From positions 2,560,001 through 2,624,000 of the forward strand of contig CBDFMQ010000002.1 of the NCBI GenBank assembly GCA_965249725.1: DNA of 64,000 bases. Direction: 5' to 3'. A program made the translations under genes and the position numbers. The notes under the pieces were generated by a model. It did no database searches. It saw only the letters and a program-made list of their open reading frames with translations, and was not told where the DNA came from. This document shows positions 12,405-22,828 of the stretch, piece after piece. Within the stretch, counting starts at the first letter, position 1. Each line of letters starts with the position of its first letter. The DNA is from Longimicrobiales bacterium. Its GTDB lineage: Bacteria; Gemmatimonadota; Gemmatimonadetes; Longimicrobiales; Gaopeijiaceae.

Positions 12405-13427
12405 CTACCGGAGCACCGACTTGGCCAGCATCCCGTGAACACCCTTGGTCCCGTCCACGACCTGGGTGACGCGCAGGTCGAGCGCGACCGAGCACAGCAC
12501 GTAGGCGTCCTCCGCATCCATGCCGCGCTCCCGCACCAGAAAGTCGATCATCTCCTGGGTCGCGATCCGCGCGGCCTCATCGAGGTCGGGATCGAGCCCC
12601 ATCGACATGTAGTGCGTGGGGGTCTCCGCGCGGGGCCACTGAAGGCTCCGGTCCCGGTGCAGGATGACCTGGACCGTGCCGCCCAGCGAGGTCTCGATGG
12701 CCGTCCCAGTCACTTCTCCGTCGCCCTGAGCGGCATGGCCATCACCAATCGACAGCAGCGCACCCGCCGTGTGGACCGGCAGGAACAGCGTAGTGCCGGC
12801 GATCAGATCCTTGTTGTCCAGATTGCCGGCATGCTCGCCGGGGGCGGTGCTCGAGATACGGCCCTGCTCTGGCGGGGGCGCCACCCCGATCGAGCCGAAG
12901 AACGGCCGCAGCGGGATGGTGGCGATTCTCCCCATACGCGCCACGCCCAGCTCCTCGTCGAGCTCGAAGAGCCTCAGCCCCACCCCGGAGAAGGCATCCG
13001 GCAGGGCTCCCCCGCCCTCGCGGTACTGCGAGACGCCGGACGGCATCAGCAGCTCCATCTCGAGGATCCGGACCTCCAGCACGTCACCCGCTTGGGCCCC
13101 CTCCACGTATATCGGTCCCGTCATCGGATGGGCTCCGGGGCCCCGGTCCGTCACGGTGTTCTCGACCTCGAGCATCGCGGCGCTGAAGTCGCTCTCGGGG
13201 GCGCCGGCATCGCGCATTCGTCCTAGGCCCCGAGCGACCAAGGACTCCACCCGGACCAGATCTCCGGAACGGATGGTCAGCACGGGCGTCAGGCTCGCGT
13301 CATAGTGCCCCCAATGCACGTTGGCGGGCGTGAGGGGCAGATCGTGGAGGGTGCCCGTCTGGGCTTGGAGCGCCGTCGGAAGCAGCGCCAGGAGCACGAA
13401 GAGCCAATTCGATGAGCACTCCATCAA
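12405..13427 (-). CDS. Acetamidase/formamidase family protein, exported
   Basis: HPMTGPIYVEGA, PFFGSIGVAP, GNLDNK, GDGHAAQGDGEV, AIE; signal peptide. Confidence 0.9.
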   Translation of the reverse strand: MMECSSNWLFVLLALLPTALQAQTGTLHDLPLTPANVHWGHYDASLTPVLTIRSGDLVRVESLVARGLGRMRDAGAPESDFSAAMLEVENTVTDRGPGAHPMTGPIYVEGAQAGDVLEVRILEMELLMPSGVSQYREGGGALPDAFSGVGLRLFELDEELGVARMGRIATIPLRPFFGSIGVAPPPEQGRISSTAPGEHAGNLDNKDLIAGTTLFLPVHTAGALLSIGDGHAAQGDGEVTGTAIETSLGGTVQVILHRDRSLQWPRAETPTHYMSMGLDPDLDEAARIATQEMIDFLVRERGMDAEDAYVLCSVALDLRVTQVVDGTKGVHGMLAKSVLR

Positions 13428-14683
13428 TAGCCCCGATCGAGGTCGACTACGTTCAACATCCGTTCGCCAAGGACGTATCGGCGGAGATTCTCGCGATAGA
13501 GGAGGAACTGATTATCGCGATATCGGTTGGAGTAGTCCGAGACGTGTGGCGTCACGATCACGCGGGGCATATCCCACAGCTCGAAGTCGTTCTGAGGCAG
13601 ATCGTCCGTCCCGAAGCCCGCGATGCTCCCAGACCGGAGCGCATCTTTCAAGTCATCCCAGTTGATGACCGGAAGGCGTGCCAGGCTGACGAAGTACGCG
13701 GACTCCTTCATAGCGTCGAAGAACTCGGCGTCGAAGAACACCTGTGTGTCGGGCGTGTTGGGCACCGAGGCGAAGACCACGTCGGCCTCGGCAGCAAGGG
13801 TGTACATCTCATCCGAGAGGCCCACGTAGTCGACGAACGACGGACCCGACCGACTGGTGTTTCGAGTCGCGATCACGCGCATCCCCAGGGCGTGAGCGAG
13901 CCGACCCACCTCCGTACCGAGACTCCCGAGCCCCACCACCAGCAACGTCTGATCCTGGAACTCCCGATCGAGGTTCTTGTCCTTGACCACGTCCGTCTGG
14001 GTTCTCCCCCAGACATGATTCCCCTGTCTCTCGTCGTGGATGTCCATGCCGCCGATCAGGGATAGCATGAGCGTGAGAGAGTGCTGAGCTATCGCGCGTG
14101 CGGTCATGCCACGCAACGAGGTAGTCACGATCTCGCGTTCACGGAGAAGCCGGTTGGTCTCTCCGGGTGGCGTGCCCCCCAGGAAACACCCCTCGACTCC
14201 GACACTCCCCGACTGCACCCAGTGCACTTCCGGGCCGATCGCCGCGACCGTGCTCGCGCCACATCCGAGTCCAATGACCGCCTGCGCATCCTCCAACAAG
14301 CCTCGCTCAAGAGCGTCTCTTCGATGTCGGACCGGAATGAGTTCTACCCCCGGGGCGACCGGCTGTAGAAACGCGATCCGTTCCTCGTGCCGATCCCACT
14401 CCTCGGGGACCACGACCACGACCTTCTTCGGAGGAGTCCACCTCGGTAGGTCGCGCATGGCCACATCGCCTTCTCTGAGACTGAAGACCCGAACGAGCTC
14501 CTCCGGAGTGAAGTCCTCATAGGACCCTGTGGGGGGAGGAAACGGCTCGGGGAACGACGGCTCGGAAGCCGACTGTCCGGGAGACGACTCATCGCCTCCC
14601 GCACAAGCGAGTACCGGGGCGCAGACAACGACCATTAGGGGCCACGATGCGAGTCTCCTGACGGTCGAGAGCGTCGTCGACAT
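13424..14683 (-). CDS. D-2-hydroxyacid dehydrogenase family protein with lipoprotein signal
   Basis: VVGLGSLG Rossmann motif, SVGVE, VPNTPDT, SLAR, IVTPHVS; N-terminal RR and VLAC lipobox. Confidence 0.85.
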   Translation of the reverse strand: MSTTLSTVRRLASWPLMVVVCAPVLACAGGDESSPGQSASEPSFPEPFPPPTGSYEDFTPEELVRVFSLREGDVAMRDLPRWTPPKKVVVVVPEEWDRHEERIAFLQPVAPGVELIPVRHRRDALERGLLEDAQAVIGLGCGASTVAAIGPEVHWVQSGSVGVEGCFLGGTPPGETNRLLREREIVTTSLRGMTARAIAQHSLTLMLSLIGGMDIHDERQGNHVWGRTQTDVVKDKNLDREFQDQTLLVVGLGSLGTEVGRLAHALGMRVIATRNTSRSGPSFVDYVGLSDEMYTLAAEADVVFASVPNTPDTQVFFDAEFFDAMKESAYFVSLARLPVINWDDLKDALRSGSIAGFGTDDLPQNDFELWDMPRVIVTPHVSDYSNRYRDNQFLLYRENLRRYVLGERMLNVVDLDRGY

Positions 14684-14700
14684 GGGGTTCCGTGCCTTTC

Positions 14701-16365
14701 CTAGAGAATTGGAGGCGCCACCCGGCGCATCGTCGCCTGCTCGAAAGCGTACGCCAGCTCGAGCAGCCGAGGCTCACTGCATGCCATACCCGTGAAGCTC
14801 ACGCCGAACGGACGGGGCTTCGCGTCGAATCCCTCAGGCATCGGCGGACCGCCATTGGCGAGGAAGCCGAACGGCACGATCACCGTCGGATACCCCGGCT
14901 TCGCCGCTATGCCGGCTCCGCCCGACCCGGGAAAGAGCAGCGCGTCGAGCTCGAGGGCGTTCATCACCTCGTCGATGCCATGCTCGGCGTTCAGATAAAG
15001 GTCACGCACGCGATCGGCCTCGTACTCGGCGCGATCCTCATCGAGATCGATGGCGTCGGACCGGTCGAGATTGGCCTGAGCGTACTTCATCGAACCGGCC
15101 CGTTCATGGGCCAGATTCCACTCACGAAGCTCGGTCAGCGTCTTGACCGGCGCCGACTCGCCGAGCGAGGCGAGCCACGTGTTGAAGTCCCGCTTCATTC
15201 CGTAGTGGAGGACACTGCTGCTGCCTGCCGTGAGCAGGTTGTTCTCGGGGTCCGGATCGATCACGCTCGGGATCTCGGCCGGATCGACGATGGTCGCTCC
15301 CTGCGCAGTGAGGACCTCGATCGCTTCGGCCATCAGTGCCCCACCCTCCTCCGAGAGGCGATCCCGGAACTGGTCGGTTCCGGGGATCTGCACCGAGTCG
15401 TAGTACGAGGCACGGGGGATGCCGATCCGAGCCCCCTGCAGCCCGTCGGTCCGGAGAAACGCCGTGTAGTCGCCGTTCGGTGGAGGCTCACAGATCTGGG
15501 TCGCCGGGTCGTTCGGATCGGGCTCCGACCCCTCGAGCGCCCCGAAAAAGATCGCGGCGTCGGTCACAGTCCGCGCCATAGGGCCCGCGATATCCTGATC
15601 GGCCGTGATGGGGATCACCCCGTAACGGCTCACACGCCCCACGGTGGGCTTGATCCCGGTCAGCATGTTCGCGTTCGAGGGCGACAAGATCGAACCGGAG
15701 GTCTCGGTGCCGACGTTGGCGGCCCAGAAGCTCATGGCCGTGCCGATGCCCGAGCTCGAGCCACCGACTCCCATGACGGGTCGTCCGTCGTTCCGACCCT
15801 CGCGGGGGTCGCGGCGCGGGTCGTACGGATTCAGACCGTAGCCGCCGACGGCGCTGTAGTTACCCGGCATACCGGAGGCCATGAAGTTGGCGAGCTCGGT
15901 CATGACCGTCTTGGCCAGGATGATGGCCCCGGCTTCGCGGAGGTTCGTGACGAGCGGGGCCTCGTAAGGGGGAACGAACCCCTCGAACGCCAACGCCCCC
16001 CCGGAGGTCGATATGTGGGTGGTGAGGACGTTGTCCTTTAGGGCCACCGGGATCCCGTGGAGCGGACCACGCACGCGACCCTCGGCGCGCTCCCGGTCGA
16101 GCTGGTCCGCCTCGGCCAGCGCGTTGGCATTGATGGAGATGACCGCGTTTACGCGCGACTCGTAGAGCGCGATGCGTATAAGGTGGGCCTCGATCAACGC
16201 GCGAGAGGTGGTCCGCCCCTCCTCCATCGCCTGCTGCATCTGGGGAATCGTCGCCTCGACGACATCGAAAGGCTCTCCGGCGTCGGGCGCCGCGCAGGAC
16301 GAGAGCGAGGCGCCCAGCAGAGTGACGACAAGCAGGACACCGGGACGATTCTCGAACGTGGTCAT
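14701..16365 (-). CDS. Amidase signature family lipoprotein
   Basis: GIPVALKD, GGSSSG, GTETSGSILSP, GIKPTVG; LSSC lipobox. Confidence 0.93.
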   Translation of the reverse strand: MTTFENRPGVLLVVTLLGASLSSCAAPDAGEPFDVVEATIPQMQQAMEEGRTTSRALIEAHLIRIALYESRVNAVISINANALAEADQLDRERAEGRVRGPLHGIPVALKDNVLTTHISTSGGALAFEGFVPPYEAPLVTNLREAGAIILAKTVMTELANFMASGMPGNYSAVGGYGLNPYDPRRDPREGRNDGRPVMGVGGSSSGIGTAMSFWAANVGTETSGSILSPSNANMLTGIKPTVGRVSRYGVIPITADQDIAGPMARTVTDAAIFFGALEGSEPDPNDPATQICEPPPNGDYTAFLRTDGLQGARIGIPRASYYDSVQIPGTDQFRDRLSEEGGALMAEAIEVLTAQGATIVDPAEIPSVIDPDPENNLLTAGSSSVLHYGMKRDFNTWLASLGESAPVKTLTELREWNLAHERAGSMKYAQANLDRSDAIDLDEDRAEYEADRVRDLYLNAEHGIDEVMNALELDALLFPGSGGAGIAAKPGYPTVIVPFGFLANGGPPMPEGFDAKPRPFGVSFTGMACSEPRLLELAYAFEQATMRRVAPPIL

Positions 16366-16465
16366 GGGCCAACTCCCTCAGAACCGGACATCGACCGGCC
16401 TCTTCTGGGCGGCCGGGCGTGGTCGAGCAACATGAGAGCGGAAGAGACGGGCCGCTAGGCGTAAC

Positions 16466-16812
16466 CAGCGCTCCGCTCAGCCGTAGCATCGGATCTGCCG
16501 ATCGCCACCCCTGCCCCGGTGCTCATGGAGCTGCTCGCCGGCTGCGGAACCGAACGGGCGGCAACGGACATTCAACAACTGCTCGCCCGATTCGAGATCC
16601 TCGAGGTGGAAGGCCTCGCCGACTTCGAGGACGCCGCGCTCATCCAGCGCACCTGTCGCCGGAAGGGCGAGACCGTGCGGTCGATGATGGACTGCCTGAT
16701 CGCAGCGATCACTCTGAGAGAGCAACGGCCGCTCCTGGCGGTGGATCGGGACTTCGAGGTGATCTCCAGGCACGTCGGCCTGGATCTGGTGGACGCTGCG
16801 TGCGAGGAGTGA
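16466..16812 (+). pseudogene. 5'-truncated PIN-domain (VapC-like) toxin
   Basis: Frame reads ...LRSAVASDLPIATPAPVLMELLAG...RSMMDCLIAA...LLAVDRDF; in-frame TAA upstream where the N-terminal DTS motif should be; no antitoxin gene. Confidence 0.7.
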
Positions 16813-17343
16813 CTAGGGGCTAAGGCTCTCCGGCGGGGTCCCGTCCCCCTGGGGGCTCTCCAACAACCCGCGCTCCTCGTCGGAACGCCCCAACTGTCGC
16901 TCGGCCACGGCGAGCTCCAGCTCCGCCGCGAATTCAGATGCCGCCAACTGATCCGAGCGGCGAACGGCCAGCACCAACTGTGCGGGGTGCGCCAGCCGCA
17001 GGCCATCTTCACCCGCCACCGCCTCCAGGGCCTGGAGGTCCGAAGCCATCAACACGATTCGGGGGCCGCCCCAGAACTTCCACCACGGTCGCCGCACGAC
17101 CGCACCGGCCATTGCCGAGATCGGGATCGTCACCTCGCGCACCGCCTCGAACTCCTCGCTCGTGCTATGTGCCTCGCCTCCGAGGTCGAGCGTCTTGCGG
17201 GCCGTTCTCCATTGTACGGTCAGCTCGTCTTCTTCTAAACGCAGAAGACCGTGCACCGTCTCCTTGGTGGTCGTCATCGAGTCGGCTCCGTAGCTGTTCT
17301 TGGACCGACGGAGGATGAAGGGCACTGCGGCAAATCTAGACAT
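16813..17343 (-). CDS. Hypothetical protein (PH-like beta-rich domain possible)
   Basis: 176 aa ORF directly downstream of the S9 peptidase, plausible codon usage. Confidence 0.6.
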   Translation of the reverse strand: MSRFAAVPFILRRSKNSYGADSMTTTKETVHGLLRLEEDELTVQWRTARKTLDLGGEAHSTSEEFEAVREVTIPISAMAGAVVRRPWWKFWGGPRIVLMASDLQALEAVAGEDGLRLAHPAQLVLAVRRSDQLAASEFAAELELAVAERQLGRSDEERGLLESPQGDGTPPESLSP

Positions 17344-17366
17344 GTCTTCCGGCTCGAATATGCGAC

Positions 17367-19322
17367 CTAGTCAGCAACCAAACACTCACGCACGGTATGC
17401 TGCTGGGCAAGATCGGCATAGAACCGGTTCCATGGATGGCGGAACCCGTGTCCTTCGTTGGCCCCCTCCATGTAGGTGACGTCGAGGCCGTTACCCCGCA
17501 CCCGCTCGACGACCTGTCGTGACTCACCCACGGGAACGCGCGGATCGTTGGCTCCCTGCACGACCATGAGCGGAGACGTGATGCGCTCGGCGTTGTTGAG
17601 CGGTGAGATCGACTCGAGGAATTCCCTCATCTCGGGGATACGCTCATCGCCGTACTCCGCTCGCCTGAGGTCCCGGCGATAATCGGCGGTGTTCTCCAGG
17701 AAAGTCACGAAGTTGCTCACACCCACGATGTCGACTCCGCAACGGATCCGAGGGCTGAAATGCACGAGCGAGGCGAGCACCATGTAGCCTCCGTAGGAGC
17801 CGCCCATGACTGCGACCCGGTTCTCGTCGAGATCCGGCTGCTCCGCGATCCAGTCGAGGAGTGCCCCGATGTCCTTTACGGCGTCCTCCCTCAGGTACTG
17901 GTCATCGAGCGTCGTGTAGGTTCGGCCGTACCCGGTGGAGCCCCGCACGTTGGGGGCGATCGTCGTGATCCCGTACTTCTGCCAGGCTCCCTGGGCGGCC
18001 TTGAGTCGGGCTTGGCCCTCGGGTCCTCCATGGATCTCGATGAGGACCGGACGAGGGCCATCACCCACTCCGGGATACACGAAGGCAGGGATGAGCCGCG
18101 CCGCGCCGTCGACCGCATCGAAGGTCGGATAGCGGATGAGATATGCGTTCTGATCATCGACGTCGGGGGGCGCCGTGCCCGCCCATAGCGTAAGCTCCTC
18201 GGTTCGAAGGTCGTACGTGTAGCCCCGGCTCACCCCGAATCGGTCGGTGTGGTTCACGAGGAGAACCGGGTCGTCGTGGTGGAACCGGGTTGAGAACTGC
18301 CCCGACGAAAAGAGATCCAGCAACTGCATATCCGCACCCAGCGGATCCGTGGTGTAGTGCAGCGTCCTGCCATCCTCGTTGACTGTGATCAGCAGCAACT
18401 CCCCGTCACCCGACTGCTGAACCGACGACACGTCCCACGGAATCTCGTCGGAGAGTACGGCTTCCTTTCCGGTGCCGAGGTCGAGACGCCGAAGGTGCGA
18501 GAACTCAGTGTCTCGGTCGCTAGAGTAGTACAGCGCTGCTCCGTCTCGACTCCACAGGGGGGAGCCATGCTGCACCGCACCGTCCGAGTCTGATGTAATC
18601 CGTTCCATGGAGCCCGTGCCGATGTCGAGCACGTATAGCTCGTTCTCCACAGTGGACACGGCATGAAAGAGCAGCAATTCGTCGGCCATACGGGACCATC
18701 CAGCGACGCGCCACAACCCCTCCACCTCCAGGATCCTACGGGCCGACCCCGGATCAAGCGGGTCCATGACGTAAACGTCGAAGTCCCTACCGTTTCGTAG
18801 GGTGCTGACGTATGCGATCCTGGGGCCATCCGGTTCGAAGCCTCCGAACTGAGCCAGCTCCGACTCGGAGGTGAGGAGGACGGGATCGGCGTCCCCAAGA
18901 TCCCAGCGGTATAGCCGGGACTGCTCGTCTCCTCCGGTATCCCACGCGAGCACCATGTACCCGCGCCCGGGATCATCGTAGACGCCTGATACGTTGCGCG
19001 GAATCTGAGGGAGGAAGGCCGGCTCTTCACCGGCGCTCGCTTGAGTATGGAGCCGGGCATCGAGGATCATGCGACGACCCTGCACCAGCATGCCCGAGCC
19101 GTCCGGCATCCACGTGATGAGGCTCTTCGACTGCCGGGACCGCCAATGCTTGCCGGCATCGTCGAAGACCGGCTGCCACCCTACGCGTCCGACCCCCTCG
19201 GCCGAAATCGCAGGTGGTTTCGGCACACCGGTGAAGGCCAACACGACCACGACGTGAACGGGCAGCGTCATCACGAAGAGTGCGACCCACTTCAGGGGGC
19301 TCCACTTCAGAGTGCTACGCAT
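17367..19322 (-). CDS. S9 family (prolyl oligopeptidase-like) peptidase
   Basis: IHGGPE, PNVRGSTGYG, GGSYGG nucleophile, GANDPRV, NEGHG; N-terminal propeller. Confidence 0.93.
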   Translation of the reverse strand: MRSTLKWSPLKWVALFVMTLPVHVVVVLAFTGVPKPPAISAEGVGRVGWQPVFDDAGKHWRSRQSKSLITWMPDGSGMLVQGRRMILDARLHTQASAGEEPAFLPQIPRNVSGVYDDPGRGYMVLAWDTGGDEQSRLYRWDLGDADPVLLTSESELAQFGGFEPDGPRIAYVSTLRNGRDFDVYVMDPLDPGSARRILEVEGLWRVAGWSRMADELLLFHAVSTVENELYVLDIGTGSMERITSDSDGAVQHGSPLWSRDGAALYYSSDRDTEFSHLRRLDLGTGKEAVLSDEIPWDVSSVQQSGDGELLLITVNEDGRTLHYTTDPLGADMQLLDLFSSGQFSTRFHHDDPVLLVNHTDRFGVSRGYTYDLRTEELTLWAGTAPPDVDDQNAYLIRYPTFDAVDGAARLIPAFVYPGVGDGPRPVLIEIHGGPEGQARLKAAQGAWQKYGITTIAPNVRGSTGYGRTYTTLDDQYLREDAVKDIGALLDWIAEQPDLDENRVAVMGGSYGGYMVLASLVHFSPRIRCGVDIVGVSNFVTFLENTADYRRDLRRAEYGDERIPEMREFLESISPLNNAERITSPLMVVQGANDPRVPVGESRQVVERVRGNGLDVTYMEGANEGHGFRHPWNRFYADLAQQHTVRECLVAD

Positions 19323-19427
19323 CGATCCGCCTATCCGTCCAAGTCGACCCCTGGCCTCTCACCAGTCCCTGCGAGCCCTACGGGATCACATCCCGATCGT
19401 TTCAGAGATCCAGGCGGGGATTCACGC

Positions 19428-20906
19428 TCAGTACGGCAGGAAGTAGAGCACGAGTGCCAGGAACGGCGTCAGCAGGATCATCATGGTGATCCCGTAGCCG
19501 AACATGTCTCGAGCCCGGAGACCGGTGATCGCCAGCAGGGGGATCGCCCAGAACGGGTTGAACAGGTTCGTGTGCGCATCCCCGACGGCGTAGGCCGCGA
19601 TGGTCTGCCCATGCGGGATTCCCAGCTCCGCGCCCGCTACCATCATCGGACCACCGATGATCGCCCACTCACCGCCCGCCGACGGTACGAAGACGTTGAG
19701 GACGCCTCCCGTGATCCACGCGGTCACGGCGAAGGTGTCCGTCGTGGCGATCGAGAGCAGCGACTCGGTCATCGTGTCGACCAGTCCGGTCCCGGTCATG
19801 ATGCCGATGATTCCCGCATAGAAGGGGAACAGCAACACCACCCCGGCGCTCCCCTGCACCGAGTCGTAGAACTCACGCAGATACTTGGTCGGGCTGACAT
19901 AAAGCAGCATCCCGATCATCAGGAACCCGAAGTTGAAATTGTTCAGGTCCAGGGCGCCAAGACCGCGGGTGAAGAACGCCCTCAAGAAGAGCACGACGCC
20001 GGTCAACGCGAGTACGCCCCCGAGGATTCGGCTGTTGTCGATCCGGTCGGCCAGAGCCGGCTTGACGCTAGCAGGCCTCTCGTCGCTCCGGACGGGCAGC
20101 GTCTCCAGCTGTGCGCCACCGTCCACGTTCAGGTCGGTGTCGGCTTCTCGCGACCCCGCGATCTCGACGTGCAGATCCTCGTCGTCTGCGAGGTCCACGT
20201 AGGCGCCGATCGGTCTGCAGTTCTCCGCGGGCGGGCTGAGCAGATACAGCATGATCGAACCGTAGACGATGGACAGGCCCGTCAGGATCAGCGGGTAGGG
20301 ATGGAAGACCCACTCCGTCGAAGGGATCACCCGGTCGACGAAGCCCATCATCATCAGCGCGTTGCCTTCCGTGGCCTGTAGAAGACCGGCAGAACTCGAC
20401 AGCCCCCAGCCCCACGTGAGGCTCATTCCCATGTAGCCGGCCACGGCCAAGAGCGGATAGTGCGTGGCCATCCCTTGCTTCGCTGCGTACTTGCCCATCT
20501 CTCGGGCCAGGATCGCCCCGAAGATGAGGCCGAGACCCCAGGAGATCCATCCGGTCAGCATCGATCCGACGCCCACCAAGACAACGGCCTGTCGGCCGTT
20601 CTTGGGGAGGCGGACGAGCGCGAGGATCATGCCCCGCACCTTGGGGTGGTAGGCCACGACGTTGGCGGTCACCAGGATGATCACCATCTGCATCGCGAAC
20701 TGCAGAAGTGCCCAGAAGCCTCCGTACCACGAGAGGGCGATCTCGGTGACGGCGGAGCCCTCAGAGATGAACGCGGCACCCGCAGCGACGTACGTCAGCA
20801 GGATCGCGAACAGGAACGGGCTCGGCATCCAACGCTCGACCCGATCGGCGATCGCCTCTCCGAATTTTTGGACGGGCGTCAGATTTGGCTCTGCGCCCAT
20901 CTCCAC
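19428..20906 (-). CDS. atoE: Short-chain fatty acid transporter (AtoE family)
   Basis: ERWMPSPFLFA, FAMQM, WGLSSSA, FPFYAGI, FVPSAGGEW, TNLFNPFWAIP; multiple TM segments. Confidence 0.85.
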   Translation of the reverse strand: MEMGAEPNLTPVQKFGEAIADRVERWMPSPFLFAILLTYVAAGAAFISEGSAVTEIALSWYGGFWALLQFAMQMVIILVTANVVAYHPKVRGMILALVRLPKNGRQAVVLVGVGSMLTGWISWGLGLIFGAILAREMGKYAAKQGMATHYPLLAVAGYMGMSLTWGWGLSSSAGLLQATEGNALMMMGFVDRVIPSTEWVFHPYPLILTGLSIVYGSIMLYLLSPPAENCRPIGAYVDLADDEDLHVEIAGSREADTDLNVDGGAQLETLPVRSDERPASVKPALADRIDNSRILGGVLALTGVVLFLRAFFTRGLGALDLNNFNFGFLMIGMLLYVSPTKYLREFYDSVQGSAGVVLLFPFYAGIIGIMTGTGLVDTMTESLLSIATTDTFAVTAWITGGVLNVFVPSAGGEWAIIGGPMMVAGAELGIPHGQTIAAYAVGDAHTNLFNPFWAIPLLAITGLRARDMFGYGITMMILLTPFLALVLYFLPY

Positions 20907-20911
20907 CGGGC

Positions 20912-22828
20912 TCAGCGTCCCGCCCTTGGAATGCCCGGCCGATGCCCGTCTGCCGCAGGCATCCAGGGGTCTTCCACACCGGCCCCCTCACAGACGTCGC
21001 CGGTATCGAGGAAGTGCGTGTGCAGGCACTCCAGCGTCGACCCCAGCCCCTGCAGCAGCTCCACGGTCTCCGGATAGGCCACCCTGGTGAAGAAGCCAGC
21101 GCGTCCGCCGCGGGCCATGTCGGCCGTGGATTGGCCGAGGCGAGTGATCGCCATGACGTCCGCACCCTGGGACATCAGATACTCGATCATCTCGTTATCG
21201 CCGCGCGAAGCCGCGTAGTGGAGAGGAGTATAGAGCCAGGAATCGAGCAGGTTCACGTCGGCGCCATGCTCTTCGAGCAGGTAGCGGACGGCGGGCAGGA
21301 ACTGCTTCGGCTTGTTGCGTACGCTGAAGGCCCCGAGCCCCAGATATCCCCCACCCGCGGCGGCATGGATCGGATAGGCGTTCTCCACTCCCTCGGGGAT
21401 CCACGGCAGCCCCGAGTCCTCCTGCTGCCGTCCGTCCTGTTGCCGGCGTTCCCGCATCCCCACAGCCGGCCAACGTGTCGGGATATTGGGATCGGCGCCG
21501 TAGGAAGCGAGCAGCCGCAGGGCATCGAGGTCCTGGGCGAAGGCGGCCCGCCAAAACGGCGTCGCACCGGTAAGGTCGATCCCCATCTTGGTGAGGCCGA
21601 ACTCCCAGTACCACAGATGCGTGTTGAGACGCCTGTCGGGGTCGGCCCCCGCCTCCAGCAGCGCCTCCATCACCTCGAGGTACTCGGCCTCCTGATCGTC
21701 GTGCGCGCGGGGCTGCGGATAGTTGGACTTGGGAGCCCACTGGGTCTGCAGCGCAGCGAACAGGGGCGCAGCCCCGTCGGTATCAGCCGCCAGGTTCGGA
21801 TCCGCACCGCGCTCCACCAGGAGCATCGCCAGGTCGAACTGGCCGTTCAGGGCGGCCATCAGAAGCGGGCTGGTGTTGTCGGCACTGACCTGATCGATGT
21901 CGGCGCCTGCGTCGAGGAGGGCGAGAGCGGACTCTACGTGGCCCTCCCGCGCGGCGTGAAGGAGGGCGGACATCCCACCCGTCTTCCCGACCAGCACCTC
22001 ACGGTACGGAGGACGCGTCACCGGAGGTCCCCCGGGATAGTCGGGCCTCACGTTCGACAGCGACTCGCCGTCGACCCCACCCGGATCGTAGCCCGACAGC
22101 AGAAACTCACGCTGAGCCATGATGGCGGCCTGAGCCTGAGCCGGCGTGGGCTCCCAGTCCTGTCCCTCTGCTTCGGCTGCACCCAGTTCCTCGATCGCCT
22201 CACCCAAGCGACGACGGGCCTCACGATCGGCCGCGATACTACGGAGCACGTCGACGCTCTCGGTCTGCGCCCCGTGGTCGGCGCCGTGTTCGAGCAAGGC
22301 CACCACGGCCTCCGTCCGGTTGTAGGCGACGGCGAACATCAGCGGGGTCTGCCCCGAAGACGCCTCCCGGGCGTTAACCACAGCGCCTGATTCCAACAGT
22401 GCCGTGACGACCTCGGCACCATCGACGGCCGCGGCCGCGAGGTGGAGAGGGGTGACGCCGGTGTTCGTCGTGACCGCTTGAGGATCCGCACCCGCGTCGA
22501 GGAGCGCGCGGGCGACCGGTCCGTGACCGCCGCGACCGGCCAGATGAAGCGGCGTGTAGGCACCGATCCGGGTCTTGGCCTCGACCTCCGCACCCGCCGA
22601 CAGGAGCACCTCTGCGACCGCGGCGTGACCGAGCTCCGCGGCCCAGTGCAGCGCGGTCATCCCGTCACCCGGCCTCGTATTCGCGTCGGCGCCCGATGCC
22701 AACAGGGACCGGACCGCCTCTACGTCACCCTGCCTCGCAGCGTCGATGAGCGGCTCGCCCGTCCGAAGCGTGGCGGCGCACAGCACCGCCGCCAAGCTCA
22801 GGGCGACCATCGACCCCACTCGGGTCAT
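20912..22828 (-). CDS. Exported ankyrin-repeat protein
   Basis: Many TALHWAA/TPLHLA/TPLMFA repeats; signal peptide; overlaps DUF1552 stop codon. Confidence 0.92.
   Translation of the reverse strand: MTRVGSMVALSLAAVLCAATLRTGEPLIDAARQGDVEAVRSLLASGADANTRPGDGMTALHWAAELGHAAVAEVLLSAGAEVEAKTRIGAYTPLHLAGRGGHGPVARALLDAGADPQAVTTNTGVTPLHLAAAAVDGAEVVTALLESGAVVNAREASSGQTPLMFAVAYNRTEAVVALLEHGADHGAQTESVDVLRSIAADREARRRLGEAIEELGAAEAEGQDWEPTPAQAQAAIMAQREFLLSGYDPGGVDGESLSNVRPDYPGGPPVTRPPYREVLVGKTGGMSALLHAAREGHVESALALLDAGADIDQVSADNTSPLLMAALNGQFDLAMLLVERGADPNLAADTDGAAPLFAALQTQWAPKSNYPQPRAHDDQEAEYLEVMEALLEAGADPDRRLNTHLWYWEFGLTKMGIDLTGATPFWRAAFAQDLDALRLLASYGADPNIPTRWPAVGMRERRQQDGRQQEDSGLPWIPEGVENAYPIHAAAGGGYLGLGAFSVRNKPKQFLPAVRYLLEEHGADVNLLDSWLYTPLHYAASRGDNEMIEYLMSQGADVMAITRLGQSTADMARGGRAGFFTRVAYPETVELLQGLGSTLECLHTHFLDTGDVCEGAGVEDPWMPAADGHRPGIPRAGR

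Noticed and set aside
10679..12469. Long antisense ORFs (also 20885-22390, 14692-16041, 24854-26185, 36865-38181 and others)
   Set aside because: These are shadow ORFs opposite well-supported genes, as expected in high-GC DNA.
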